Origin: Propionibacterium ruminifibrarum
Lineage (GTDB): Bacteria > Actinomycetota > Actinomycetes > Propionibacteriales > Propionibacteriaceae
DNA: 32,000 bases
Reading direction: 5' to 3'
Assembly (NCBI RefSeq): GCF_900289195.1
Contig: NZ_OMOH01000001.1
Location: 60,001 to 92,000 of the forward strand
How positions within the stretch are numbered: the stretch's first letter is position 1; each line of letters opens with the position of its first letter. Shown here one piece after another: positions 19,961 to 27,454 of this stretch. The notes below the pieces were generated by a model. That model had not been told where the DNA came from and did not search any database. It saw nothing but the letters and a program-made list of their open reading frames with translations. Made by a program: the position numbers and the translations under genes.

Positions 19961-20644
19961 GTGTTCATCGCCTACTTCGTGGCCGGCCCGCTGGGCAACA
20001 ACTGCTACCTCCTCGCGCCGGACCGGGGTACGTCTGCGGTCGTGGTCGACGCGCCGGTGGGCTCGGCCGCGACCATCGAGCACGCCCTCGACGAGCACGG
20101 CCTGGAGCTGGCCGCGGTGCTCCTCACCCACGGGCACCTCGACCACTGCGCCGAGGCGGCCGGGCTCGCCGATGACCACGACGCACCGGTTCTCATCGGG
20201 GCCGCGGACCGGATGCTGCTCACCCGCCCCGAGGCGGCCCTGTCGCCCGAGCTGGCCGGTCAGCTCACCGACCTGCTCCCCGAACCGCTGTCCGAGCCAC
20301 GGCGCGTCGAGACGTACGAACCCAGCCGCCCGCTGCTGATCGGCGGCCTCACCTTCACCGTTCTGCCCGCGCCCGGTCACACACCCGGGTCCGTGCTGCT
20401 GCGCACGAGTACCGGCGAGCAGGAGATCGCGTTCACCGGGGACGTGCTCTTCGCCGGTAGCATCGGTCGCACGGACCTGCCCGGCGGTGACGACCCGACG
20501 ATGCGCGCGAGCCTGCGCGACGTCGTCCGGGCCCTGCCGCCCCAGGTCCACGTGCTGCCGGGCCACGGTCCGTTCAGCACGATGGCCACCGAACTGGCCG
20601 ACAACCCATACCTGACCGATGCCTACCTGGAGGCGCTCAACTGA
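19961..20644 (+). CDS. MBL-fold metallo-hydrolase (glyoxalase II-like)
   Basis: GPLGNNCYLL, the metal motif LTHGHLDH, PGHTPGS and GD.LF.GSIGRTDLPGG are present. Its position upstream of hisS matches Rv2581c-Rv2580c. I preferred GTG 19961 to the track ATG 19928 on the basis of typical family N-termini. Confidence 0.85.
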   Translation: MFIAYFVAGPLGNNCYLLAPDRGTSAVVVDAPVGSAATIEHALDEHGLELAAVLLTHGHLDHCAEAAGLADDHDAPVLIGAADRMLLTRPEAALSPELAGQLTDLLPEPLSEPRRVETYEPSRPLLIGGLTFTVLPAPGHTPGSVLLRTSTGEQEIAFTGDVLFAGSIGRTDLPGGDDPTMRASLRDVVRALPPQVHVLPGHGPFSTMATELADNPYLTDAYLEALN

Positions 20645-21975
20645 TGGCACGTCCCAAGCCGTTGTCCGGATTCCCGGAGTTCCTGCCCGAGGAGAGGATC
20701 GTCGAGCAGACCGTCCTCGACACCCTGCGCGAGACCTTCGAACTGCACGGGTTCAGCAGCATCGAGACCCGCGCCGTCGAGCCCCTGACGCAGCTGTCCC
20801 GCAAGGGCGAGATCACCAAGGAGGTCTACGTCGTGCGCCGTCTGCACGCAGACGAGGCCGACAAGGACGAACTGGGGCTGCACTTCGACCTGACCGTTCC
20901 GCTGGCCCGCTGGGTGCTCGAGCACTCGGGCAGCCTGCAGTTCCCGTTCCGCAGGTACCAGATCCAGAAGGTCTGGCGGGGGGAGCGGCCGCAGGAGGGC
21001 CGATACCGCGAGTTCACCCAGGCCGACATCGACATCCTCGGCCAGGGGTCCCTCGCGTCCCACCATGACGTCGAGGCCCCACTGGTCATGCTCGAGGCCC
21101 TCGAGACGCTGCACGAGCGGATCGGTCTGCCGCCCGTCCTCATGCACGTCAACAACCGCAAACTGTCCGAGGGCTTCTACCGCGGCCTCGGCATCGAGGA
21201 CACACTGGCCGTCCTGCAGGTCGTCGACAAGTACGGCAAGATCGGCGCGCAGGCCACCGCCGAGCTGCTGGTCAGCGAGCTGGGCCTGAGCGCCGAGGTC
21301 GCCGACAAGTGCGTGCAGCTGGCCACCATCCGCAGCGACGACACGGATTTCGTCGGCCAGGTCCGTGCCCTGGGAGTCACCGGCGACCTGCTCGACGAGG
21401 GACTGGCAGAACTCGCCGCCCTCGTGGTCGAGGCGAACAAGCGCGTTCCCGGCCGCATCTGCGCCGACCTGTCCATCGCCCGCGGCCTGGACTACTACAC
21501 CGGCTGCGTCTACGAGACCGAACTCGTCGGCTTCGAACAGATGGGGTCGATCAGTTCCGGCGGCCGCTACGACTCCCTCGCCTCCGACGGCCGCACCAGC
21601 TACCCGGGCGTCGGCATCTCGCTGGGCGTCACCCGGCTGCTCGGACCCCTGCTGGCGAGGAAGCAGTTCGTCGTCTCGCGCCCCGTGCCCACCTGCGTGC
21701 TCGTGGCCGTCGACTCCGAGCAGACCCGCGACCAGGCTCTCGACGTGGCGGCCGCCCTGCGTGCCCGGGGCATCCCCACCGAGGTCGCGCCGAAGGCGGA
21801 CAAGTACGGCAAGCAGATCCGCCATGCCGACCGCCGCGGCATCCCGTTCGTCTGGTTCGGCCCGATCGTCGGCGAGGTCAAGGACATCCGGTCCGGCGAC
21901 CAGCAGCCGGCCGATGCCGGAGACTGGATGCCGGACGAGGCCGACCTGCACCCGCGCGTCCTGCCGGCCGAGTGA
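20644..21975 (+). CDS. hisS: histidine--tRNA ligase (archaeal/eukaryote-like sequence subtype)
   Basis: The A of the ATG (20644) is shared with the MBL TGA. 443 aa. FDLTVPLARWV, YQIQKVWRGERPQEGRYREFTQADIDILG, GG.RYD.L and a C-terminal anticodon-binding domain (KYGKQIRHADRRGIPFV) are present. Confidence 0.93.
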   Translation: MARPKPLSGFPEFLPEERIVEQTVLDTLRETFELHGFSSIETRAVEPLTQLSRKGEITKEVYVVRRLHADEADKDELGLHFDLTVPLARWVLEHSGSLQFPFRRYQIQKVWRGERPQEGRYREFTQADIDILGQGSLASHHDVEAPLVMLEALETLHERIGLPPVLMHVNNRKLSEGFYRGLGIEDTLAVLQVVDKYGKIGAQATAELLVSELGLSAEVADKCVQLATIRSDDTDFVGQVRALGVTGDLLDEGLAELAALVVEANKRVPGRICADLSIARGLDYYTGCVYETELVGFEQMGSISSGGRYDSLASDGRTSYPGVGISLGVTRLLGPLLARKQFVVSRPVPTCVLVAVDSEQTRDQALDVAAALRARGIPTEVAPKADKYGKQIRHADRRGIPFVWFGPIVGEVKDIRSGDQQPADAGDWMPDEADLHPRVLPAE

Positions 21976-21998
21976 GCCCTCAGGATCAGGTGCCGGCG

Positions 21999-22745
21999 AT
22001 GAGCAGCGGACAGGACCTGCGTCACCACGTGGTGCGCCACGAGGTCTTCCAGACCAGCCTCATGAGCGCCCTGCTCGACGGCGTGTACGAGGGCGAGATG
22101 ACGCTGGCCGAGCTGCTCGGCCACGGGAATTTCGGCATCGGCACCTTCCAGGGGCTGGACGGCGAGATGATCATCATCGACTCGGTTCCCTGGCGGATGC
22201 GGGCCGACGGCGGCGTCAGCCGGGCCCGCCTCGAGGACCGCACCCCCTTCGCCACCGTCACCAACTTCGTCCCGAACGTCTCCCGCGAGATCAACGGGGC
22301 GACCACCAGGGCCCAGCTGCACGAGATCATCGACCAGCTGATGATCTCGACGAACTACCTGTACGCGCTGCGCATCACCGGCGAGTTCGAGTGGGTGAGC
22401 ACCCGCACGGTCCGGCGCCAGGAGCGCCCCTACCGGCCCATGGCCGAGGCCACGGCCGGTGAGGCCGTCGTACGGCACGAGCGGACCGGGGGCGTGATGG
22501 TGGGGTTCCGGACGCCGTTGTTCGAGCAGGGCATCAACGTCGCCGGGTGCCACGTGCACTTCGTCGACGATTCCCGCAGCCGTGGCGGGCACGTCATGGA
22601 CTTCGTCCTCGACCGGGGCCTGGTCGAGGTCTGCCTCGGCACCGACCTGCACGTGGCGTTGCCACTCACCGAGGAGTTCGCCGACGCCGACCTGGCCCCC
22701 GATGACCTGGACGCCCAGGTGAGGGCGACCGAGACCCACGAGTAG
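21999..22745 (+). CDS. budA: alpha-acetolactate decarboxylase
   Basis: 248 aa. VFQTSLMSALLDGVYEGEMTLAELL.HG.FGIGTF..LDGEMI..D, PFATVT.F, Y.LRI.G.F and GF..P.....N..G.H.HF..D.R..GGHV.D match the AlsD/BudA family. Confidence 0.9.
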   Translation: MSSGQDLRHHVVRHEVFQTSLMSALLDGVYEGEMTLAELLGHGNFGIGTFQGLDGEMIIIDSVPWRMRADGGVSRARLEDRTPFATVTNFVPNVSREINGATTRAQLHEIIDQLMISTNYLYALRITGEFEWVSTRTVRRQERPYRPMAEATAGEAVVRHERTGGVMVGFRTPLFEQGINVAGCHVHFVDDSRSRGGHVMDFVLDRGLVEVCLGTDLHVALPLTEEFADADLAPDDLDAQVRATETHE

Positions 22746-22919
22746 ACCGGGGCGGCTGGCAGGTCACTGTCCGTCGGCTCTACAGTGGGTCTGGTCACCG
22801 CGTGCCGCCAATGGGCGTCGGCACGCGAGGCGGTACAGGCGGCCCGTCCTCTCCGGGGCGGGGCTCGTTCCGCCATCCACCGGGCCTTCGGGCCATCGCG
22901 ACAACGGAGTGCAGAAACA

Positions 22920-23987
22920 ATGACGATCGCCATCAAGTACGGCGCGCTGGTCGACGAGAAACTGGTCGACGAGGAGGGCAATCTTGCCGCGAGGGGCAGC
23001 GGGGGCGCCCTCGTCGAACGGTTGTTGAAGATCTTCCCCGAGTCCTGCCTGGTCGGCTACGAGGACATGAAGGCCAAGGGTTTCGAGGTCAAGCGCATCA
23101 CGAGCCTCGACCCGGTCTCCGACCTGGTCATCAACCTCGACGTCATGGACAGCGTCGGCAGCTTCCAGATACTGCACCGGCACGGCGCCGAACCCAAGAT
23201 CATGAACCTGCAGTGGCTGCCCCCGCGGCACTACCACCACAGGGTCAACTTCGCCGCTCTCGGCCTGAGCTATGCGCTCTTCCCGACCCTGTGCGCCGGC
23301 GAACGCACCGCCAGCGAGGTCACCGAGTTGTGCCACCGCTGGGGCAGCCCCGCCATCCGGGAGAAGGCGCCCATCTCGTGGTTCTACCCCGGGGTCCGGG
23401 ACGACCTCGTCCAGCCGCACCGAGGCGCCGAGATCCCCACTGTGCTGTACCCGACGATTCACGTCTCCGAGGACAAGCAGCCCAGGGTCTTCATGGCGAT
23501 CGTCGCCGAGGTCGCCACCCGCATGGAGCTGCGGATGGAGGCCAGCCTGGCCGAGCGCGAACTCGTCTCGATGGCCGCGATGCGCATGAGCTCGCACTCG
23601 TGGACCCATGTCGGTCCGGTCTTCGGCCGGCGCGAGAACTACTGGGAGTCGCTGTCCCAGATGACCGCCTTCCTGTCGACCGCCCGCGAGGAGGCCTACT
23701 CGCTGGAGTACCTCGAGGCGCTGCTGGCCGGGGTCGTCGGCGTCCTGCCGCGCCGCGAGTGGGTCAAGGGCGTCGTCCCGGACGCCTACCCGTACCTGTA
23801 CGGCTCAGAGGAGGAGGCCGCCGACATGCTCGAGGAGGTGCTGCGCGACCCGCAGGCCGCTCAGGCCAGGGTCGACGAGGCCTCCGGAGGCTCCATCCGC
23901 GACTGGATCCTCACCCACCACGCCCGCTCGGCGGGCAACAAGGCCATCCAGGAGAAGGTACGGGACTGGTTCCCCGAGGTCTTCTGA
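22920..23987 (+). CDS. hypothetical protein, possible divergent GT-B-fold (GT4-like) glycosyltransferase
   Basis: 355 aa. I chose ATG 22920 because G/C third-position bias starts there and the in-frame upstream extension from 22785 lacks it. Its features are an N-terminal MTIAIKYG...[12 protein letters not shown] and a C-terminal E258-x7-E266 ([21 protein letters not shown]) resembling the GT4 EX7E motif. The family assignment is my inference only. Confidence 0.7.
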   Translation: MTIAIKYGALVDEKLVDEEGNLAARGSGGALVERLLKIFPESCLVGYEDMKAKGFEVKRITSLDPVSDLVINLDVMDSVGSFQILHRHGAEPKIMNLQWLPPRHYHHRVNFAALGLSYALFPTLCAGERTASEVTELCHRWGSPAIREKAPISWFYPGVRDDLVQPHRGAEIPTVLYPTIHVSEDKQPRVFMAIVAEVATRMELRMEASLAERELVSMAAMRMSSHSWTHVGPVFGRRENYWESLSQMTAFLSTAREEAYSLEYLEALLAGVVGVLPRREWVKGVVPDAYPYLYGSEEEAADMLEEVLRDPQAAQARVDEASGGSIRDWILTHHARSAGNKAIQEKVRDWFPEVF

Positions 23988-24084
23988 ACCAACCACCGGT
24001 CGGGTCGGCCGCCGCGGGTTCATTCGTGGAAGAATGGCCCCGGCCGCCGTACCGTCCATGCGGCGGCGCAGAAGGGAATACATC

Positions 24085-25884
24085 GTGATCCGAACTCGTG
24101 AAGCGGGCAGCCTGCGCGCATCCGACGAAGGCAAGACCGTCACCCTGGCCGGCTGGGTCGCCCACCGGCGCGACCACGGCGGGGTGGCGTTCATCGACCT
24201 GCGTGACGCCAGCGGCATCGCCCAGGTCGTCGTCCGGGACGAGGTGCTGGCGAACTCGGGGGCGCACGAGCTGCGCAACGAGTTCTGCATCGCCGTGACC
24301 GGTGTCGTCGAGCACCGCCCCGAGGGCAATGAGAACCCCGACATGCCGACCGGCGAGATCGAGGTCAACATCAGCGAGCTCGAGGTCCTCAACCCCTCTG
24401 CGCCGCTGCCATTCCCGCTGGACGAGCACTCCACCGTCGGCGAGGACGCCCGCCTGAGGTACCGCTACCTCGACCTGCGCCGCCCCCGCATGCACGACGC
24501 CCTCGCCCTGCGCTCCAAGGTGAACCAGGCGGCCCGCTCGGTGCTGGCCGAACACGACTTCGTCGAGATCGAGACCCCGACCCTGACCCGGTCGACCCCG
24601 GAGGGGGCCCGCGACTTCCTGGTGCCCGCCCGCCTGGCGCCCGGGTCCTGGTACGCCCTGCCGCAGAGCCCCCAGCTGTTCAAGCAGCTGCTCATGGTGG
24701 CCGGCATGGAGCGGTACTACCAGATCGCCCGCTGCTACCGGGACGAGGACTTCCGAGCCGACCGCCAGCCGGAGTTCACCCAGCTCGACATCGAGATGAG
24801 CTTCGTCGACCAGGACGACGTCATGACCCTCGGCGAGGAGGTCATGAAGGCCTGCTGGCGGCTCATCGGCTACGAGATGGTCACCCCGGTGCCGCGCATC
24901 AGCTGGCACGAGGCGATGGACAAGTACGGTTCCGACAAGCCCGACCTGCGGTTCGACCTGCAGCTCACCGAGGTCACCGAGTTCTTCGCCGACACGCCCT
25001 TCCGCGTCTTCCAGGCGCCCTATGTCGGCGCCGTCGTCATGCCCGGCGGGGCCTCGCTGCCGCGCCGCCAGTTCGACGCCTGGCAGGAGTGGGCGAAGCA
25101 GCGCGGGGCCAAGGGCCTGGCCTACATCACGATCGCCGACGACGGCACCCCCGGCGGCCCCGTCGCCAAGAACATCGCGGAGCACGAGAAGGCCGGCATC
25201 GCCGAGGCCGTCGGGGCCCGGCCCGGCGACGCGATCTTCTTCGCCGCCGGCGAGCGCACCAGCTCCCAGGAACTGCTCGGCGCCGCCCGCCTCGAGATCG
25301 GCAGGCGCTGCCGGCTGTACGACCCCGCCGACTGGGCGTTCTGCTGGGTCGTCGACGCCCCGCTGTTCAAACCCGCCTCCCAGGCCCGGGCCGAGGGTGA
25401 CGTGGCGGTCGGCGAGGGCGCGTGGACTGCCGTGCACCACGCCTTCACCAGCCCCAAGCCCGAGTGCATGGAAACCTTCGACACCGACCCCGGCCAGGCG
25501 CTCGCCTACGCCTACGACTTCGTGTGCAACGGCAACGAGGTGGGCGGCGGTTCGATCCGTATCCACCGCCGCGACGTCCAGGAGCGGGTCTTCAAGGTGA
25601 TGGGCCTGTCGCCGGAGGAGTCCCAGCGCAAGTTCGGCTTCCTGCTCGACGCGTTCCGGTTCGGCGCCCCGCCGCACGGCGGCATCGCCTTCGGCTGGGA
25701 CCGTCTCGTCATGCTGCTCGGCGGCTTCGACTCGATCCGCGACGTCATCGCCTTCCCGAAGACGGGCAACGGCTACGACCCGCTGACCGGCGCCCCGGCC
25801 CCGATCACCCCGGCCCAGCGCCGCGAGGCCGGCGTCGACGCCAAGCCGGCCGGCAAGACAGGGGAGAAGACGCCCGGGGACTGA
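24085..25884 (+). CDS. aspS: aspartate--tRNA ligase (bacterial type, with GAD insertion domain)
   Basis: GTG 24085 lies 7 nt after GAAGGGAA and gives [23 protein letters not shown], the typical N-terminus. [63 protein letters not shown] and PPHGG.A.G.DR are present. Confidence 0.96.
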   Translation: MIRTREAGSLRASDEGKTVTLAGWVAHRRDHGGVAFIDLRDASGIAQVVVRDEVLANSGAHELRNEFCIAVTGVVEHRPEGNENPDMPTGEIEVNISELEVLNPSAPLPFPLDEHSTVGEDARLRYRYLDLRRPRMHDALALRSKVNQAARSVLAEHDFVEIETPTLTRSTPEGARDFLVPARLAPGSWYALPQSPQLFKQLLMVAGMERYYQIARCYRDEDFRADRQPEFTQLDIEMSFVDQDDVMTLGEEVMKACWRLIGYEMVTPVPRISWHEAMDKYGSDKPDLRFDLQLTEVTEFFADTPFRVFQAPYVGAVVMPGGASLPRRQFDAWQEWAKQRGAKGLAYITIADDGTPGGPVAKNIAEHEKAGIAEAVGARPGDAIFFAAGERTSSQELLGAARLEIGRRCRLYDPADWAFCWVVDAPLFKPASQARAEGDVAVGEGAWTAVHHAFTSPKPECMETFDTDPGQALAYAYDFVCNGNEVGGGSIRIHRRDVQERVFKVMGLSPEESQRKFGFLLDAFRFGAPPHGGIAFGWDRLVMLLGGFDSIRDVIAFPKTGNGYDPLTGAPAPITPAQRREAGVDAKPAGKTGEKTPGD

Positions 25885-25899
25885 GCGGTCGTGCTCCTT

Positions 25900-25919
25900 C
25901 CGGGGGCGTCGCGCCCCGG
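25900..25919 (+). terminator. GC-rich hairpin downstream of aspS (possible terminator, no U-tract)
   Basis: CCGGGG(G)CG-TCG-CGCCCCGG forms an 8-bp stem with one bulged G and a 3-nt loop. It starts 16 nt after the aspS stop. Confidence 0.35.
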
Positions 25920-25922
25920 CGC

Positions 25923-25928
25923 TAAGGT
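25923..25928 (+). promoter_or_regulatory. putative -10 element TAAGGT, 6 nt upstream of the rarA GTG (leaderless-type)
   Basis: The context is gcTAAGGTcggggtGTG. The alternative reading is AAGG acting as a weak SD. Confidence 0.3.
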
Positions 25929-25934
25929 CGGGGT

Positions 25935-27317
25935 GTGAGCGAGGACCTGTTCGGAACGGTGACGCCCGCCGACCAGTCCCACGGTCTGGGCGGCTCGCTG
26001 GGCGACGCCGTCAACCCCGACGCGCCGCTGGCGGTGCGCATGCGCCCCCGCACCCTCGACGAGATCGTCGGCCAGAAGCAGCTGCTCGCCCCCGGCTCAC
26101 CGCTGCGCAGGCTGGTCGAGGGCACCGCATCGATGAGCGTCTTCCTGTGGGGGCCGCCCGGTGTCGGCAAGACGACGATCGCCTCGGTCGTCTCGCACGT
26201 CACCAACCGCCGGTTCGTCGAGCTCTCCGCGGTCACCGCCGGTGTCAAGGACGTGCGCCGCGAACTCGACGTCGCGCGCCGGGAACTGGCCCGCGGCAGG
26301 CCCACCGTTCTGTTCGTCGACGAGGTCCACCGGTTCAGCAGGGCCCAGCAGGACGTCCTGCTGCCGGCCGTCGAGAACCGCATCGTCACCCTCATCGCGG
26401 CGACCACCGAGAACCCGTCCTTCTCGGTCATCTCGCCGCTGCTGTCCCGCTCACTGCTGCTGACCCTCACGCCGCTGTCGGCCGAGGACATCAACGAACT
26501 CGTCGACCGGGCGCTGAGCACCGAGCGCGGGCTGCGCACCCCCGACGGCGGGCACTACACGATCACCGAGGAGGCGCGCGAGGACCTGCTGCGCCTGAGC
26601 GGTGGGGACGCCCGCCGGGTGCTCACCTACCTGGAGGAGGCCGCCGCCGGGGCCACCGCCCGGGACACCGGGCAGATAACCGCCCAGATCCTCGCCGCCT
26701 CGGTCGACAGGGCGGCCGTGCGCTACGACAAGGACGGTGACCAGCACTACGACGTCATCAGCGCCTTCATCAAGTCGGTGCGCGGCTCCGACCCGGACGC
26801 CGCACTGCACTGGCTGGCACGCATGATCGAGGCGGGGGAGGACCCGCGCTTCATCGCGCGCAGGCTCATCATCCTGGCCAGCGAGGACGTCGGCATGGCT
26901 GCGCCGAGCGTCCTGCAGACCGCCGTGGCGGCGGCGCAGGCCGTGCAGCTCATCGGCATGCCCGAGGCCCGCATCAACCTGGCCCAGGCGACCATCGCGG
27001 CGGCCACCGCCCCCAAGTCGAACGCCGTGGTCACGGCCGTCGACAGGGCCCTGGCCGACGTGAGTGCCGGCCGGACCGGACCCGTCCCGGCCCACCTGCG
27101 CGACGCCCACTACGCGACGGCATCCGATTACGGCCACGGAGTCGGCTACCGCTACGCCCACGACTGGCCGCACGGCGTGGCCCCCCAGCAGTACCTGCCC
27201 GACGACCTCGCGGGTGTTCGCTACTACGAACCGACCGACCACGGCAACGAGGAGTCGATCGCCACCAGGCTCGAGACGATCCGCTCGATCCTCGCCTCAG
27301 ACCCCCCAGAACAGTGA
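25935..27317 (+). CDS. rarA: replication-associated recombination protein A (MgsA/RarA AAA+ ATPase)
   Basis: 460 aa. [16 protein letters not shown], Walker [13 protein letters not shown], Walker [10 protein letters not shown]....[39 protein letters not shown]...GEDP.FIARRL and Y.Y.HD are present. Confidence 0.95.
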   Translation: MSEDLFGTVTPADQSHGLGGSLGDAVNPDAPLAVRMRPRTLDEIVGQKQLLAPGSPLRRLVEGTASMSVFLWGPPGVGKTTIASVVSHVTNRRFVELSAVTAGVKDVRRELDVARRELARGRPTVLFVDEVHRFSRAQQDVLLPAVENRIVTLIAATTENPSFSVISPLLSRSLLLTLTPLSAEDINELVDRALSTERGLRTPDGGHYTITEEAREDLLRLSGGDARRVLTYLEEAAAGATARDTGQITAQILAASVDRAAVRYDKDGDQHYDVISAFIKSVRGSDPDAALHWLARMIEAGEDPRFIARRLIILASEDVGMAAPSVLQTAVAAAQAVQLIGMPEARINLAQATIAAATAPKSNAVVTAVDRALADVSAGRTGPVPAHLRDAHYATASDYGHGVGYRYAHDWPHGVAPQQYLPDDLAGVRYYEPTDHGNEESIATRLETIRSILASDPPEQ

Positions 27318-27388
27318 GCAGACGGCCCGTCGCCGGCCTGATCGCTGCGGGGAAAGGGCTGCGGCAAGGGCGGTTCGCCTGTTCGCGG

Positions 27389-27394
27389 TAATCT
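27389..27394 (+). promoter_or_regulatory. putative -10 element TAATCT upstream of alaS
   Basis: A TANNNT hexamer lies 60 nt upstream of the alaS ATG in the rarA-alaS spacer. There is no convincing -35 element. Confidence 0.3.
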
Positions 27395-27454
27395 TGTCCG
27401 CGGACCACGCACGGTGCGGGTCCCACCCCTGAGCATCACGAGGGAAAGGCACCC

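Noticed and set aside
22785-22919. An in-frame upstream extension (GTG 22785) of the GT-like hypothetical protein.
   Set aside because: Third-codon-position G/C drops markedly in this stretch (many A/T-ending codons) compared with the body of the gene. It also contains the 22800-22826 hairpin. ATG 22920 has GGAG upstream.
21976-23987. alsD plus the GT-like gene as a horizontally acquired or mobile island between hisS and aspS.
   Set aside because: Codon usage and G/C third-position bias match the flanking core genes. There are no flanking direct repeats, tRNA, integrase or transposase. This looks like an old lineage-specific insertion, not a mobile element.
24034-24084. An in-frame upstream extension of aspS ([17 protein letters not shown]...).
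   Set aside because: AspRS N-termini begin M/V-IRT..AG.LR. GTG 24085 has GAAGGGAA at proper spacing. The extension covers a 7-bp hairpin (24043-24067) and the SD.
27344-27387. Tandem direct repeats GCTGCGG-GGAAAGG / GCTGCGG-CAAGGG and GTTCGC x2 just upstream of the alaS -10-like box. I considered them as an AlaRS autoregulatory site by analogy with E. coli.
   Set aside because: The repeats are short and imperfect and could arise by chance in GC-rich DNA. The E. coli site is a palindrome, not a direct repeat. Nothing supports the idea without comparative data.
27318-27454. Possible T-box or attenuator leaders upstream of alaS, also checked for hisS, aspS and hisD.
   Set aside because: The leaders are only 0-137 nt long. 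I could not find a T-box consensus (AGGGTGG.ACCGCG-like) or a specifier-loop/terminator-antiterminator architecture. hisS has no leader at all because it is coupled to the MBL gene.
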